A DNA stretch of 64,000 bases, taken from assembly GCA_040954595.2 (NCBI GenBank), contig CM082582.2, forward strand, positions 5,812,303 through 5,876,302, read 5' to 3'. The translations under genes and the position numbers were made by a program. This stretch comes from Balanoglossus misakiensis. Taxonomy: Eukaryota; Animalia; Hemichordata. The notes beneath the pieces were generated by a model that was given only the letters and a program-made list of their open reading frames with translations, had not been told where the DNA came from and searched no databases. Position 1 is the stretch's first letter. Each line of letters starts with the position of its first letter. Of this stretch, positions 18,072 through 34,001 are shown in pieces.

Positions 18072-21000
18072 TTAATCGCCATTTTGTGGACAACGTGCTT
18101 CAACTCCGTTGAGTTTTGCCCACTTCAGGAACTGTTCGGGAAGTTTACGGAAGACATCCCTAGCCAGCCTCTCTTTACTTATTAGTTGGTTGTTTTGGTC
18201 CACGAAATCTTGAATGTGAACGTACTGTAGAGAAGAAAACAACATAAATTTATATTCAGTAGTTATATTAATTTTTATGATATGTCTATCGTTCTCGTAC
18301 ACCATGTTTTGGTGTTGACATGAAATGGTCCGTGTTAAGAAAATGACGTAATTTGACGTGTTTTGTTTCATATAGTTCAGTCGATAGAGTCAACAATGTT
18401 AATCCTATGGTCGAACCTCCAACACATGATGAGGGGTATTCCATAGGCACGGAATAATTTCATGTAGCTTGCAGCAATACAATGCACCAGCCGATATGAA
18501 AATGACATAGCATTATACGGCTATAATGAGTGGGTTGTATATGGTCACGTATGCAAATGAAAAATCGTCTGCGACATGTTAATTAACTGACCTGTAACAT
18601 ATCATCAACCGTTCTCTCGCTGTCTCTTGATGCAAGGTCCGTCCACCACACTGTGCTCGTATTCTGTGACGCTGGAAAAGATGGAAACCACGTGAAAAGT
18701 TCAAAGAGTGCCTCATTATAATAAATTGTGTGCACATGCGTTTCCCTGCCACCATCAAATCACAATATTTGAGTCAGGATATGCCATTTTTCAGACCCCC
18801 AGATCGACAAATTTCACGTGAATATTCCTCGGGCTGAAAAAGTAAGATTTACTAACCTGATGCACTGTACTCTCCGAATCCAAGGACTATTAATGACATT
18901 GGCAATGAACGTATCTGTAAATCAAATGCGAAAAGTAATTAATTGGTGTGTGTTACCATCTCCTAACTGTGTTGATGTATACTGTACATGCATGGGCTAT
19001 GCATGTAAATATCGTATTGCTGTTACCGTTTTCAACTTTCAAAATAACAATGCAACCAAATTTATTTTACTGCGATGCTGCCTAAAATATTTCATTATGA
19101 CATAAGCTTACATGGCATTACTCACATCCTGTAAAGCTTCTTTTGTTCTGACGCAGACACTTTCGGAAAACGTGTCTGTGAAAAGCAGAACGACGTGGTA
19201 GATTGTTCCTTCATTGTTGTTTGCTTGTCTGTGAATGACAATAGTTCCAGTAAATATCAGACGTGAATTGACATGCAGCAGGGTATAATTCCATGTCTAA
19301 TATGTAAAAAAATTCTGTGCTTCTGGGCGTCGGTGTGTATACCGGCATTTGTACCATCATAGGCTTGCTAAAGGTAAACAGTAAAAGTTCGTCGAGTTTT
19401 GTATTAAAAATCTTCGATTTTACGTCAAAACGTCATAAAATGGAAGAATGTTAATCGTCATTTCCAACACTGTTGACCCTACGGCATACTTTTTGATGTG
19501 TTCTATAGCGGATGTGACGTCACCAGTACAACACAAAGGCAGCACATTCTGCGCTTCCTGTTTGAAAGCTTCGATGACGTCGTCTACTCTGCTGCAGTTT
19601 AAAGGCGAGTTGTTCTGTAAAAACAAGAGAACGCGTGGTCGATATCGGAATAGGAAACGACGCTTGCATTTACTTCACACAGGTCTGTATGAAATCATTT
19701 TGCTCAAGAACCACCTGTTTGCTGTATAAAGAGTCTGGTCGGTTTTCATCGATTCTTCTCGGTGATGGTAGCTAGTAAGTCAGGAAATGTCCTTTAATAC
19801 ATGTAACTCGATACAGGTGCTGCCCCTTAACTTACCAGAAGAAACTCGCTACTGTTTGCACCGCCTTCAGAATGTGTTCTCAATCTGAGTAGAGTGAGGT
19901 CATCATCGGAATTAAAATACTCCAAGGATTGGTCTAACGACATCAAGACATTCTCGCAGAGGCTGTGCTTATCTGAGATGGGTAATTTACACTGTGGTGT
20001 TAAAACTAAAACAGCAAAACTTTTGATCATTGCCGTAAAATTGAAAATGCGCACGAACAACAAACAAGTTGTCTGAACACAAATTAATACATTGCACACT
20101 GCATACACTGTTCTTGTTTCGCTCGTTTGAAAGAACTCTTCAGTAAACATACAGGCCATCGGACATTCCAAAAGACACCTACCTCTTGCCATACTGAAGT
20201 CGATTGCTAATGTGAAATGCACGCTCACGCCACTTCTGATATAATCATGGAACGAATGTCTTTTTTCAACATCGCACTTGACCAGTCGTAGTTTTCCTGA
20301 GTTGTCGTAGTGTTTGTCGTCATCTTTGTCCAATTTGATAATCTAAGAATGGAGAGTAAGCAGAAACGATTACGTCAGGCGACCAATGACCAATATATGT
20401 AAACATGTACACGTGAGAGACGTTCAACCAAACCAAGAAAGTGAAGAATGCGTAGTAATTTATGTGTGCTTATTGTGACATGGCTAAATTGTCGACTTCT
20501 GTACCATAAGCCATTGGTTCAGAGCCCGAAGTAGCAGCTCATAGAAAATATTGAACGCGGGTGAGGGATTCGAACTTCAACAGTATGATGCATAACAGGC
20601 ATAACGCCACAAGTGCTATCGTGCCAGTGCAATCATTGCCCGCAGATAATACTAAGATATTAAATAATGGTATTAAAGTATACATGTATATCTGACCTTG
20701 TAAACAGTTTCCAGTGGTCCATCTTTGAGGGCGTCCATAGAAATTTCACATTCGCCGGCATATTCATCACTAAATGGGAATACAAAAATATACTTGTCTG
20801 TTTGAAGGGCAAGGGGGTGTATCATCTATGTACGCATCAACTTCATAAACACAGCGCACTGTAAATTACACATCTGTTGCATTGAATCGTAGATACTCTT
20901 AGTATATGTCATTCTAATGGAGTAGAAACAATTTTATGGATTGTACCAATACCTAGCACACGTCAAAAGAAACATTATCTAAATTTGATTGATTGATTGA

Positions 21001-24000
21001 TTGATCAATTGATTGATTGATCAATCGATTGATGGCGGTGTGTTAGTATTGTCCGTACCTGCCAGTCTTATTCCAATCCCAGCAAGTGACAGCAATCGGG
21101 CGGCTGTAGTCATTTGCACACAGCGTCCGAAGAGGAATCGTAAACTCTTGCCACGTCGGGTTTAGCGTCTTTTTGATAACCTCTGACCGGTAAACAATGG
21201 TTGTGCTGAAATGAAATTGACGAAGTTATTTCTCCATGGATACCACATCCTCACTGCGATCTCTCCCTCCCTCCCCCTCTCTGTCTCCCCCCTCTCTTCA
21301 TACCACAATTCTTCAATTTACCTCTTATCACGATTTGTTCTGTAGAAAGTCAAGTATGGGTCAGATTTTCCAAATGTGTCCATTTTATCCAGCTCCGTGG
21401 CTTGAAATTGTAAAGTGACGACATCCTGTAGGCGACAAAATGTTATCACGTGATAAAATGTATACGTATCCACAGAGTGATTTTTGAATCGCAATATCCT
21501 CCAGCGAGAAAAAGATGCGGTGATATTTTTTCAGACAATACACGTGCTTAGCTGGCAATGAATAGCACACTCTCAAATTACAAGTACATGTATATGAAAA
21601 GCGAAACAATGGTTCACTTGAATTTGTATAAAAACTATTTGAATGTCAAAAATCAAGAAAGTTTAGGAATTTCTACCTTTAGCATTAACAAAGCAAACCA
21701 TGCATGATGGAACTTACATTCGAATCGCCGACATCTTCAAGTGTGATGCAAATTGTGCCGTAATCACGCTTCCTTTCTTTACCTTTGTACCTAAAGGTCG
21801 GTGAAATATTGTGAGATATCGAATTTATTCAAAGCATGACATGAAACGGTATACTTGCAATCCAAAAGATTAAAGAAATCTAAATTTACAAGTTAAGCGC
21901 AGAATCACAAGATGAGAGGTTATTCTACTTCATTTGAATATTACACTGCAAAATTAAAACGTGAAAAAAATGAAAGCAAGCGAGACATTTCAATAAATTT
22001 GTCGCTTACAGTATTGGTCTTTCGATTCTTCGACTTTCCACAATTTCCTTCAAAGTGCAAAGTACTTCACCCAGGGCGTCCTGAAAGAAAGAAAGAAAGA
22101 ACGAACGAAAGAAAATGGATAGATAGACATATAGATAGATCGACGGATGTGTAGAAAATACAAAACACGTTACCGTGTATACCGAACGGCTATTTTTATC
22201 TTTTCTATTTCGGAGAAATAAATTGTCTGAAGTTCTGAACCGTTTTGCACATATGGAAAACACACTTGGATAAATATAGAATCGACGCTCCTCAAAAAAA
22301 CATTTACAGCTTTGATGTCCCCGTTTGTGTTCAAACCCACAGCGTCACTTTGTGAATATGCGTCGCCATTTTGAATTCACTTACGTGTCGACTGAGATCT
22401 TTGCTTGGGGAGTCTTCATCGAAGCTGAAAGACGAACACGGATTCTATTGTTCAATTTATAATTTATTAAACATTGGCGCTATCTGCCTTCTTGACGACG
22501 TAACCTCGATAAGACCTCAGACGTGACGACAAAGAGACCAATGAAAATATCATCGTGATGCTTAATATACCGCCGGAGGTACAAATACGCTGTATATTTC
22601 CGAGAAACACTTGTCCAGCATATATGTAAAGCCTTCCACGTTCAACACAAGAATTATGTCACGTGAGCTTTGAGCAAAAAGTGATAACCGAATATGTATA
22701 GCTGCGTTCTCTGATATCTAGACTAAAAAAATATTGTAAAGATTGTTTTCATTTTGTCGTATGGATTTGATGGAAAATCCTATACGGAAACCACACAGAC
22801 TGTATACTCACAATTCGAATTTTAACTCTTGAACCTCCTGGTCGAAATAGTTCACTTTGAATTTCTTCACGAAGTCAGGATTGACGGTGTCCTTTATTGT
22901 CTCTGTCCTGTCGGTCTGTAAATCACAAACAGAGACGGGATAAATTCACACCGCCGAGCATTCAGGAGGTCGCGGTTCGGCTCCGCGCAAACATGCATGG
23001 GCGTTGTCATGAGCGACTACCAGAAACGACAAAGACAGCTTATTATATTATGGCTATTCCGCTTGCTGTGACCCTCAAACCTTACGTACGACGTGCAAAA
23101 TCTTCTGTCGTCTTTCACAGACAGACAATCCTTAATTTCACAACGACTGTTTTACCTTCAATGATAGATATGTATGTTTCTAGCATATCATGGCCAATAT
23201 TCAAGTCAACGACTCTTCATTGATGTTTATTCGGGCCCTCAAGTAGCGATACGCTATATTGTGTCTTACCTCCACAAATTCTTCCGAGCCAAGTTTCTTC
23301 TGATACAGGACACAAACTGAGAGGGATGAAAAGACAAACACTACCATTATTTATTATGTGTGGTACTAGTGCAACCCCGAGCAGTAACCGGGAAGCCGTG
23401 TAACATTAGTTTTTCGCATTTCATGTATTACCTGTCGACATGACCAGAAAGATTATTATAATGCAGTAGGTTTTGATCATACTTAAAGGATGTCGTTGCT
23501 TCAGTAAATGATAGGAAATTTTTACACGTTAATGATATTAGATGATATGCAATAGGCTTGTTTAGTATAAGAGTCTGATATATTTTCAGTCTTATTTTGT
23601 TTTTCATCTTTCTCCATCTGAAATGTTCCTACTCTAGACATTGTTGATTGTAAACTAATATACATCATGAATATCTTATTGGCCGTTAGCTAGAGAGTAA
23701 CGGTACAGTACTTACACGGGTCTGACGTGGAAAACAAGTCTCTGTCCTGAATATTCCTGTAGACAGAGAAATAGAAAGTCGGAGATAGATTTTGTGATCA
23801 GTTTTACTTTCGCACCCGCCCTCTATCGGCTGGTCGGTAGGTAAAAAAATAGGGAATAGGCAAGCCTTGGTGCGTAGATCGGACGATGTTATTTACCTTT
23901 ATTTAAAATTCATTGTGTTCGCAATCTGCGGTAAATGCATGCCAATGTACATGTGAAATCTTGCTGCCCACGCTAACACAGTTTCGGTTTTGTATGTAAA

Positions 24001-25028
24001 ATAAGAACGCTTCAAACACCATATGACCTGACAGGTTACATGTACATTCATGCTATACGTAATACGTTGGTAAATGCATTCGTTGTATTACCTCGAAAGT
24101 TGTCACACGTGATACATGCATACGTAAAGAACTTTCCGTGGGCACGTAACACAACTGCGTGTCCATATTTGCATGTAAATCATGGTGCCGACGAAGTACA
24201 AATAAGGAATACTCGGGCCATGGTAAAAAACACGTTCCGTAACCTTGGCGTGTTAGGGTGTACCATGTTAATAGCCTAGGTCTGCAGTTTCTATGGTTAC
24301 GGGCGCTTCTTACGAGTTGAAGGTTGCCAAGCTATCCGACACAGCCACGGGCGCGCATGAACAGTGTTGGTGGCCATTCAACGCTGCAGTGCTGACATCG
24401 TAAACACAACTTGGGGGCAACGACTTAAGTGGCAAGAGTTGTTGGTGGGGACAGTGTGGGTAATGAAGCGGTATATCGACGTCACTACCACCACCCCCAC
24501 CCCCGCCACAACCGGCTTAGCGTTTGTTTTCAAAAATAGTTTCGAACTACCAGTGAAACAATCGAAGGTCTAGGTCTGTCATGACCAAACTGTGTGTATC
24601 ATGGCTACTGGCATACTGCCAATCCTGAAATCATTGAAGTGTGCTTATAACTGAACAGACCCATATGTACATGTAGTAAATAGCCTTGTACATGTAAATG
24701 ACCCCGGTATCGCCATAATTACGATATAGGCGAGGTAAAGCAAATATCGTTTGTCGACGGTACCGTTACGTGTTGAATGTAATTATAGTCGACCACTTGC
24801 GATGTGCTTCTAAATATAGCTGATTTTCACATATGGTGCCCATGTACTGTCACAGTACATGTACTGTCATGCGTCACCCCTTCGCTTCAGAAACCATTTA
24901 TGACTCATGTAGGGTTACTGTACACGAAGCGGGTATCGACGTTAGTTTCGGCCCTACCTGGCTGATATGTGCAATTCAACTTGGTTGAACAGCCCGGGTT
25001 CCTTAACACTAGTCCCAATGCCGGCCAT
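18072..25028 (-). CDS. CPNE-like: Copine-family protein (C2A-C2B-vWA), ~17 small exons, divergent vWA domain
   Basis: Exons read [24 protein letters not shown] (25028-24958), [13 protein letters not shown] (23756-23716), FCVLYQ (23316-23270), [18 protein letters not shown] (22915-22812), [56 protein letters not shown]...[42 protein letters not shown] and [16 protein letters not shown]. Middle vWA exon boundaries are approximate. Confidence 0.92.
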
Positions 25029-25314
25029 TCCTCCGGCAAGGCTCTGATATTCTCGGGATATATAATAACGTGGTTATCGAGACAGATCGACCATTATCAA
25101 TTCGTAACTGGTCTCGCTCTGAGAACGCTATGACCTCCTTCTGTACTGCTGGGCGTATAGGGTGGTGAGTGGGACCGCTTTCCGTTCCGTGGTAGTCGTC
25201 TTAGGTCAAACATAATAAATTTCACCCGTTTAAAATTTCGCCCGAAGCCCGATTCGTCGTTGATAGAGGGCGTTGGCTGGTACATGCTATATTTATCACC
25301 GTTACGCAACTTTA

Positions 25315-25419
25315 GGCTGCATTCACAAACACCTCAGGAGGGGGGGGGCATTTGATAAAAACGGTAAAACAATTTAATTCTCCCCCCCCCTCCCTCCAGA
25401 GGTGTTTGTGACTCCAGCC
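25315..25419. mobile_element. 105-bp MITE, PIF/Harbinger (Tourist)-like, upstream of the copine ATG
   Basis: Imperfect TIRs GGCTGCATTCACAAACACCTC ... GAGGTGTTTGTGACTCCAGCC, flanked on both sides by TTA. Confidence 0.75.
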
Positions 25420-26147
25420 TTAGGCCCTATAGTCCGGTCGCCGTAGAATGAAAGAATACACACGCAATGTCCGTCGTAGGAATTCCACACTATTGAAAAA
25501 GCATTGGTGACATGGTCGTTTGCTATGTCTAAAAACCCCTTGGCATTTGCACGTTAGGAATATTTTAATCACCTACTAGGCCTACTAAAGTGAAATTGTG
25601 GAATTTAAAACAAAAAGTTCAGATTCTTGCTGTTTTTAGCCTATCCCTTCAACAATTTCGCGACGAAAATGATATCCAGCAACGTTCTATTCCGTTCATA
25701 TATCTAGACATTAGTGTCTCAGTCGCATCTATTAACCCTAGGAGAGGGTCCAATGGTTTATAGATCGAAATGAATGTTGATGTAGTGACGTTTAGCGAAA
25801 CACTCATCTCTCCCCCCAACAAGGTCGTTGGTCTCCGAAAATGAGATCAAAGGGGACTAAAGGAGATTGTAGCCGAGCGAGCGATCGATGCGAAACACTA
25901 GACTTAATTTTCATTCCCCATCGCATCGTGAAAATCACTCTCAATGTCGAACAAAGTATTCAAATGACAACGATTGGACAAACGGTTGTCAGACATGTGT
26001 ATTAGCATTGCATTTTTTACTGCTGTTCGGTTGGGCCCATTCTCCCGAGCCTGAGGCTTATTTTCGCTCCACGCACAAAACGCAATAATAACGCAGTAGC
26101 TGCTGCCGTAAAAGGGCACGTAATTTACGACGATGGCTGAACTCAGC

Positions 26148-26265
26148 AGTGCACAGTATTATACTGATTGTGTGAAGCCGCCGGTGACCTAGTTGACCTT
26201 GAGTCTCCTTGAGTCTGGATCGCGCACGTACCTGGTCATGGTCTGCAGAATCTGGCGACCCAGAA
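26148..26265 (+). repeat. ~115-bp direct repeat, copy 1 (copy 2 at 30091-30202)
   Basis: Near-identical sequence agtgca..atactgattgtgtgaa.ccgccggtgacctagttgaccttgagtctc..ggtcatggtctgcagaatctgg.gacccagaa. Confidence 0.92.
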
Positions 26266-27490
26266 AAATAAATTCGGTGTAAACAGCTTTTTGTGAGATG
26301 ACATTTTGTTTATTGTTCGGCCGTATTGGGTAGTTCCATCAGTGAGTTTGCGCATTGAGCTGTAGTTTACAGGGTCCTAGAAATTTTCTCCACTGGATTT
26401 ATTTGAGTAGATGTTTTGAATTATATTCATAGCTAACGCTAAAGGTTCTAGAAATCGATTAGTATAATATAACTGATATCGTTTGTCACGTTCAAACGGG
26501 TCAATTCCGAGCAAATGGGGACTCGGTTCATTGAATGGTATTCTTGTTGTGGAGCTAAATAGTTGTGCTGAAATGCAAAACAATCACAATTAAAATTTGT
26601 GCTCGTTTTTGTAGGCCATTTTAATGAATCCTGAGTGACCTTACATCCAAGTATTTTGTTGGTGTGATGTCATAGCCAATTAAACATTACGTATACAACA
26701 TTCATGTATTTGTTACTGACAAAATTCTTTTTTTTTATACCTTATTAACCCTTTCCATCGAATGTTCTAAAATCTCTGACAATATGCCTTGAAAAAATTC
26801 CTACTGTACAGTTCCACGCAACAGTAGTAGTGAGGAACACGTACGGACAGATGCTAACTATACCTGAACCATAACCCTCTGAAATTTGTTGATTCTAGTG
26901 TTGGGACATTTCCTCGATGAAAGAAGCAACGAACAAGCGTTAGATAACTACAAGTATATACAAGCATTTTATCACTAATCTACTACATGTATTTGAACGG
27001 GCAATAACATTTTGGCAAAGATGACGGGGTTCAAGAAAGTTCTATGCAAAAATGAGGTCAACAAGGAACACATTACCTTACTCATTAATATCCGGAATTC
27101 ATTAATGTTAACGGTTGTTGAACAGAACAGATATAGTTTACATAGAGAATCAAAACACTGGGCATGCAACGCGAGACAGTTTGTGTTAATTGTCAATGAC
27201 AGACACAGGTACTGATACCAAAGTAAACCTGTACTTTGTGCTTAGTAGCTGTTCATAACAAACTATTTCACGTTTCAACTTTTCAGAACAGAATACACTC
27301 TATCATCTTGTACTTCAAGACTTTGATAGTGACCCGTTTCTTCGGAAGCTTGGTTAACACCAGCTGAAGGGACATTTGTGTAAGGCTGTGGTGTCTTGGG
27401 GACTAAACATCTTCCAATCTTTGCTCGACTTGATCCTCCGGTATGTTTTGATAGTTTTGGACATCGCCAACTTCTGTGTTCCAACTGATT

Positions 27491-28825
27491 CTATATTGTG
27501 TCGGCATTCAATTCAATCCCGTCACGGGATGATTTTCCGCCGAGATTTAAACTTCTTCTACTTCGACGATGTTTGACGACATATACCACGACGAGGGTGA
27601 GCAGCACTCCCACCGCGATACCCGCGAGGACCAAACCGATGACAAGCCCATCTCCGGCCGCATCTGTCAGTGAAAATGCGGCATCGCCATCTGATCTCCT
27701 CCCTGTATTCGTCGAAGTTGAGATTGTTGACATCGGCACAGACTGTGGCCGCGTTGGTACATGGAAGGGAATGTCGACTGTCACCAACGCGCTGGCGCTG
27801 CCCGTCCCAATAATATTTCTCAATTCACACTTAACCGAGTGAAACCCATTGTCCTGTGGACCAAAGCTCAAGATACGAAGATACATTCCATACACACTGA
27901 GTTCGAACCTGCCTCCACTGTTCACGGCGTCACCATCATAATACCAAAAAGGGACTGTAACTAGTGGATTTGCGTCTTGGTTGCACTTGAACTCTACGAC
28001 GTCATCGTCCGTCACCGTGACATCAGTCTGGTCGAGTGTCACTGTTGGCGCGTACTGGACATCGAAAGATATGTGACAGATTCTGGCCGATGGCAAACCG
28101 GGATGTTGAAGGTGACAGCGAAAAATTAAGTTCGGGCCGTCACTCTGTGATGGTGTCCAATCAGAAATTCCGATTTGATAGTTATTATAGCTATTGTCAA
28201 CATCTGGCGAGCTCCAAAGTTCCCCAGACCTATACCAAAATAACCCAACAGCCGGGATACTTGGACCAGAAGAGCAATACAGACTGTATCTACGATTTGC
28301 TATAACGGTTGTGATAGGATCTCTCTTGATGTTCCTGTTGTTCGAATCGATTACTTGGCACCTTGGATATTCTTCTGGTGGGACGTATATGTTGACTGCT
28401 GCCAGCCTTGAGCTTCCATTGGGTACAACAGTGTCGTTTTGCCACCATGTCGCTGCGCAGTGATAGCTTCCACTGTCGAATACAGCGGTGGCAGCTGAGA
28501 CTGATCTCACTTGAAGCGTGTAAACTCCTTGGGTAGAGTACGAATTTATAAAGTATCTGTCTTGATCAGTGTCCACGAGATGAAAGACGTTGCCCCTGAA
28601 CGTGTACTCATCGCTGATGATGTCGTTGTTCTTAAACCACGACATCTTCTGAGACGTCTCCAGGGAATTCGGTGACACCTGGCACTCCAAGTAAAACGAG
28701 CCCGTCGTAGAACTTGCGTACGGGTACGCCTGCGTCTCGTCTTCTGGTTGGCGCATAAATTCAACTCCTCCACCCGGCACGACAGCCAATCCGAACAAAA
28801 TGCCCAGTAGAAATAGAATGCGCAT
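27491..28825 (-). CDS. Intronless type I Ig-superfamily membrane protein (three Ig domains; nectin/kirrel/CD22-like architecture), 444 aa
   Basis: Signal peptide MRILFLLGILFGLAVV; Ig motifs LECQV..MSWFK..DSGSYHC, LYCSS..LFWYR..FRCHLQHP and FKCNQDANP..WYYDG..VKCELRN; S/T-rich stalk; TM segment LVIGLVLAGIAVGVLLTLVVVYVV followed by KHRRSRR. Confidence 0.93.
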   Translation of the reverse strand: MRILFLLGILFGLAVVPGGGVEFMRQPEDETQAYPYASSTTGSFYLECQVSPNSLETSQKMSWFKNNDIISDEYTFRGNVFHLVDTDQDRYFINSYSTQGVYTLQVRSVSAATAVFDSGSYHCAATWWQNDTVVPNGSSRLAAVNIYVPPEEYPRCQVIDSNNRNIKRDPITTVIANRRYSLYCSSGPSIPAVGLFWYRSGELWSSPDVDNSYNNYQIGISDWTPSQSDGPNLIFRCHLQHPGLPSARICHISFDVQYAPTVTLDQTDVTVTDDDVVEFKCNQDANPLVTVPFWYYDGDAVNSGGRFELSVYGMYLRILSFGPQDNGFHSVKCELRNIIGTGSASALVTVDIPFHVPTRPQSVPMSTISTSTNTGRRSDGDAAFSLTDAAGDGLVIGLVLAGIAVGVLLTLVVVYVVKHRRSRRSLNLGGKSSRDGIELNADTI

Positions 28826-30090
28826 TGTTTTTAGTCCTGTCTCGAATCCTTATAACCGAAAGAGGGGTTCAGCACTGACACATACGCACAGCGACTTCGG
28901 TCACCGCTATTTCAAATTGGAAAACTCAGTTCGACTGCGCCCCGTGCTTCTGTTTTCTCTCCCGATAAATTTGCGGTGATCCGCGTTTTTATATTTTACT
29001 GGCTTTGTGCTAGGTAACGCCTTTTGAGAATTTTTCACATCCGGGGTCATCATTCGGAGGTGAATGCCACTGTGCACACGTACACTGTCACTCTTCAAAC
29101 GACATTAATAGAAGTGCCTTGCATATCTGGCAATTCGCACGTCCCACTTTAACCACCAAACGTCACTTACAGAAGCTCTTAGCATTAGCCATCACCAAGA
29201 GATGGTATACCAACAGATATTCCGCTATCACAGTTCTGGCTTTACTTCGTGCTAGGGGGTCAAATCATATTATAATAATTGTAATCTGGATTTGTAATAA
29301 ACACTTCACTGTAGTAAGAGATAGATGAAATTAATTTCGACACCTCACTTATAGTAAGAGATAGAAGAAATTATATGTGAACTGTATTTCATGACTTCTT
29401 TTGGCCAAACATTTCTGTCTACTTTGTAGAGTATACAAATTCTGTGTAAAGAAAATGAGGTCATTAATTGTTACAGTATTAGGCTGAATTCATTGCCCAA
29501 AACGATTCAAAGTAGGTCAAATTACAAGTGAATTTGCAGTACTGATACTCAACCATTAAGCTCGACTTCACACGTTTCCTAAACAAATCAAACGCATCGC
29601 AACTGGACTTATCTTTAATCTTGTTATAATGTGAAATGTGAGCTACTATTAAACTTGGTAGTTTTTATATGAAAACAAGGCGCATTGCAGACTTCTGGCC
29701 CTTACTGTATGGAGAGCCAAAAATCTACCAATTCTGGGGAATGGTGTCTTTGTTACATGTTTTCCCAACAATACCACGAATAAAAATAAGAAAGTTATGC
29801 AACCGCTGGCATTCTACGAACATATGACTATAAATGGTATCAATATGATTATTACAAAACGGGCAATTTTGTCAATATAGCCAGCCGAATGTAAATAGAC
29901 ACCTGTGGATATAGCACCGTGGAGGAAGTTGAATACACCCTAACCCTAACCGTTGAATATACCCTTAGGCCTACATGTCAAAAAACAAACGTGACCATAT
30001 TTTTTGTTTGTTATGCCAATCAACAAACACACAAACAAACAAACAAACAAACACAATAAAGGCACAGGGGAGCGCCCCCCTGGGCTCACT

Positions 30091-30202
30091 AGTGCAGAGT
30101 AATACTGATTGTGTGAATCCGCCGGTGACCTAGTTGACCTTGAGTCTCATTGAGTCTGTATCGCGCACCTGGTCATGGTCTGCAGAATCTGGTGACCCAG
30201 AA
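30091..30202 (+). repeat. ~112-bp direct repeat, copy 2, upstream of DHRS4
   Basis: Matches 26148-26265 with a few substitutions and small indels. Confidence 0.92.
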
Positions 30203-30466
30203 CACTGTGCATGTTTTGCCTGGTGTTGGCGGTTTGAAGGCAAACCTTGGCTTTGCCCATAAGCCCCAAACCTTAGGGTTGCAATGCTGCGGTTGACAAT
30301 CAGTACATATAAGTATCAAGTCCGCACCACGGTCACCGTGACCGTGCTTCCACCAATCACCTGCCATGACCTTTGACCCGTATACGGAGGCCCAGCTGAT
30401 CAGCGGCCACAAACCAAGCACGGGGCCGGGGTTGCTGAACTTTCCTGCTGGATGCTGAACTTTGAT
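30126..30466 (+). promoter_or_regulatory. Candidate nuclear-receptor response elements upstream of DHRS4
   Basis: Perfect DR3 TGACCTagtTGACCT 30126-30140, DR1 TGACCTtTGACCC 30367-30379, TGAACT half-sites at ~30436 and ~30456, and CCAAT at ~30353. Confidence 0.45.
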
Positions 30467-30499
30467 TTATAATTTGCATTGCATGCAAGGGGCGATATC

Positions 30500-34001
<3,502 letters not shown>

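Noticed and set aside
29930-29970. CCCTAA telomere-like motif
   Set aside because: Only about two units; too short to call an interstitial telomere.
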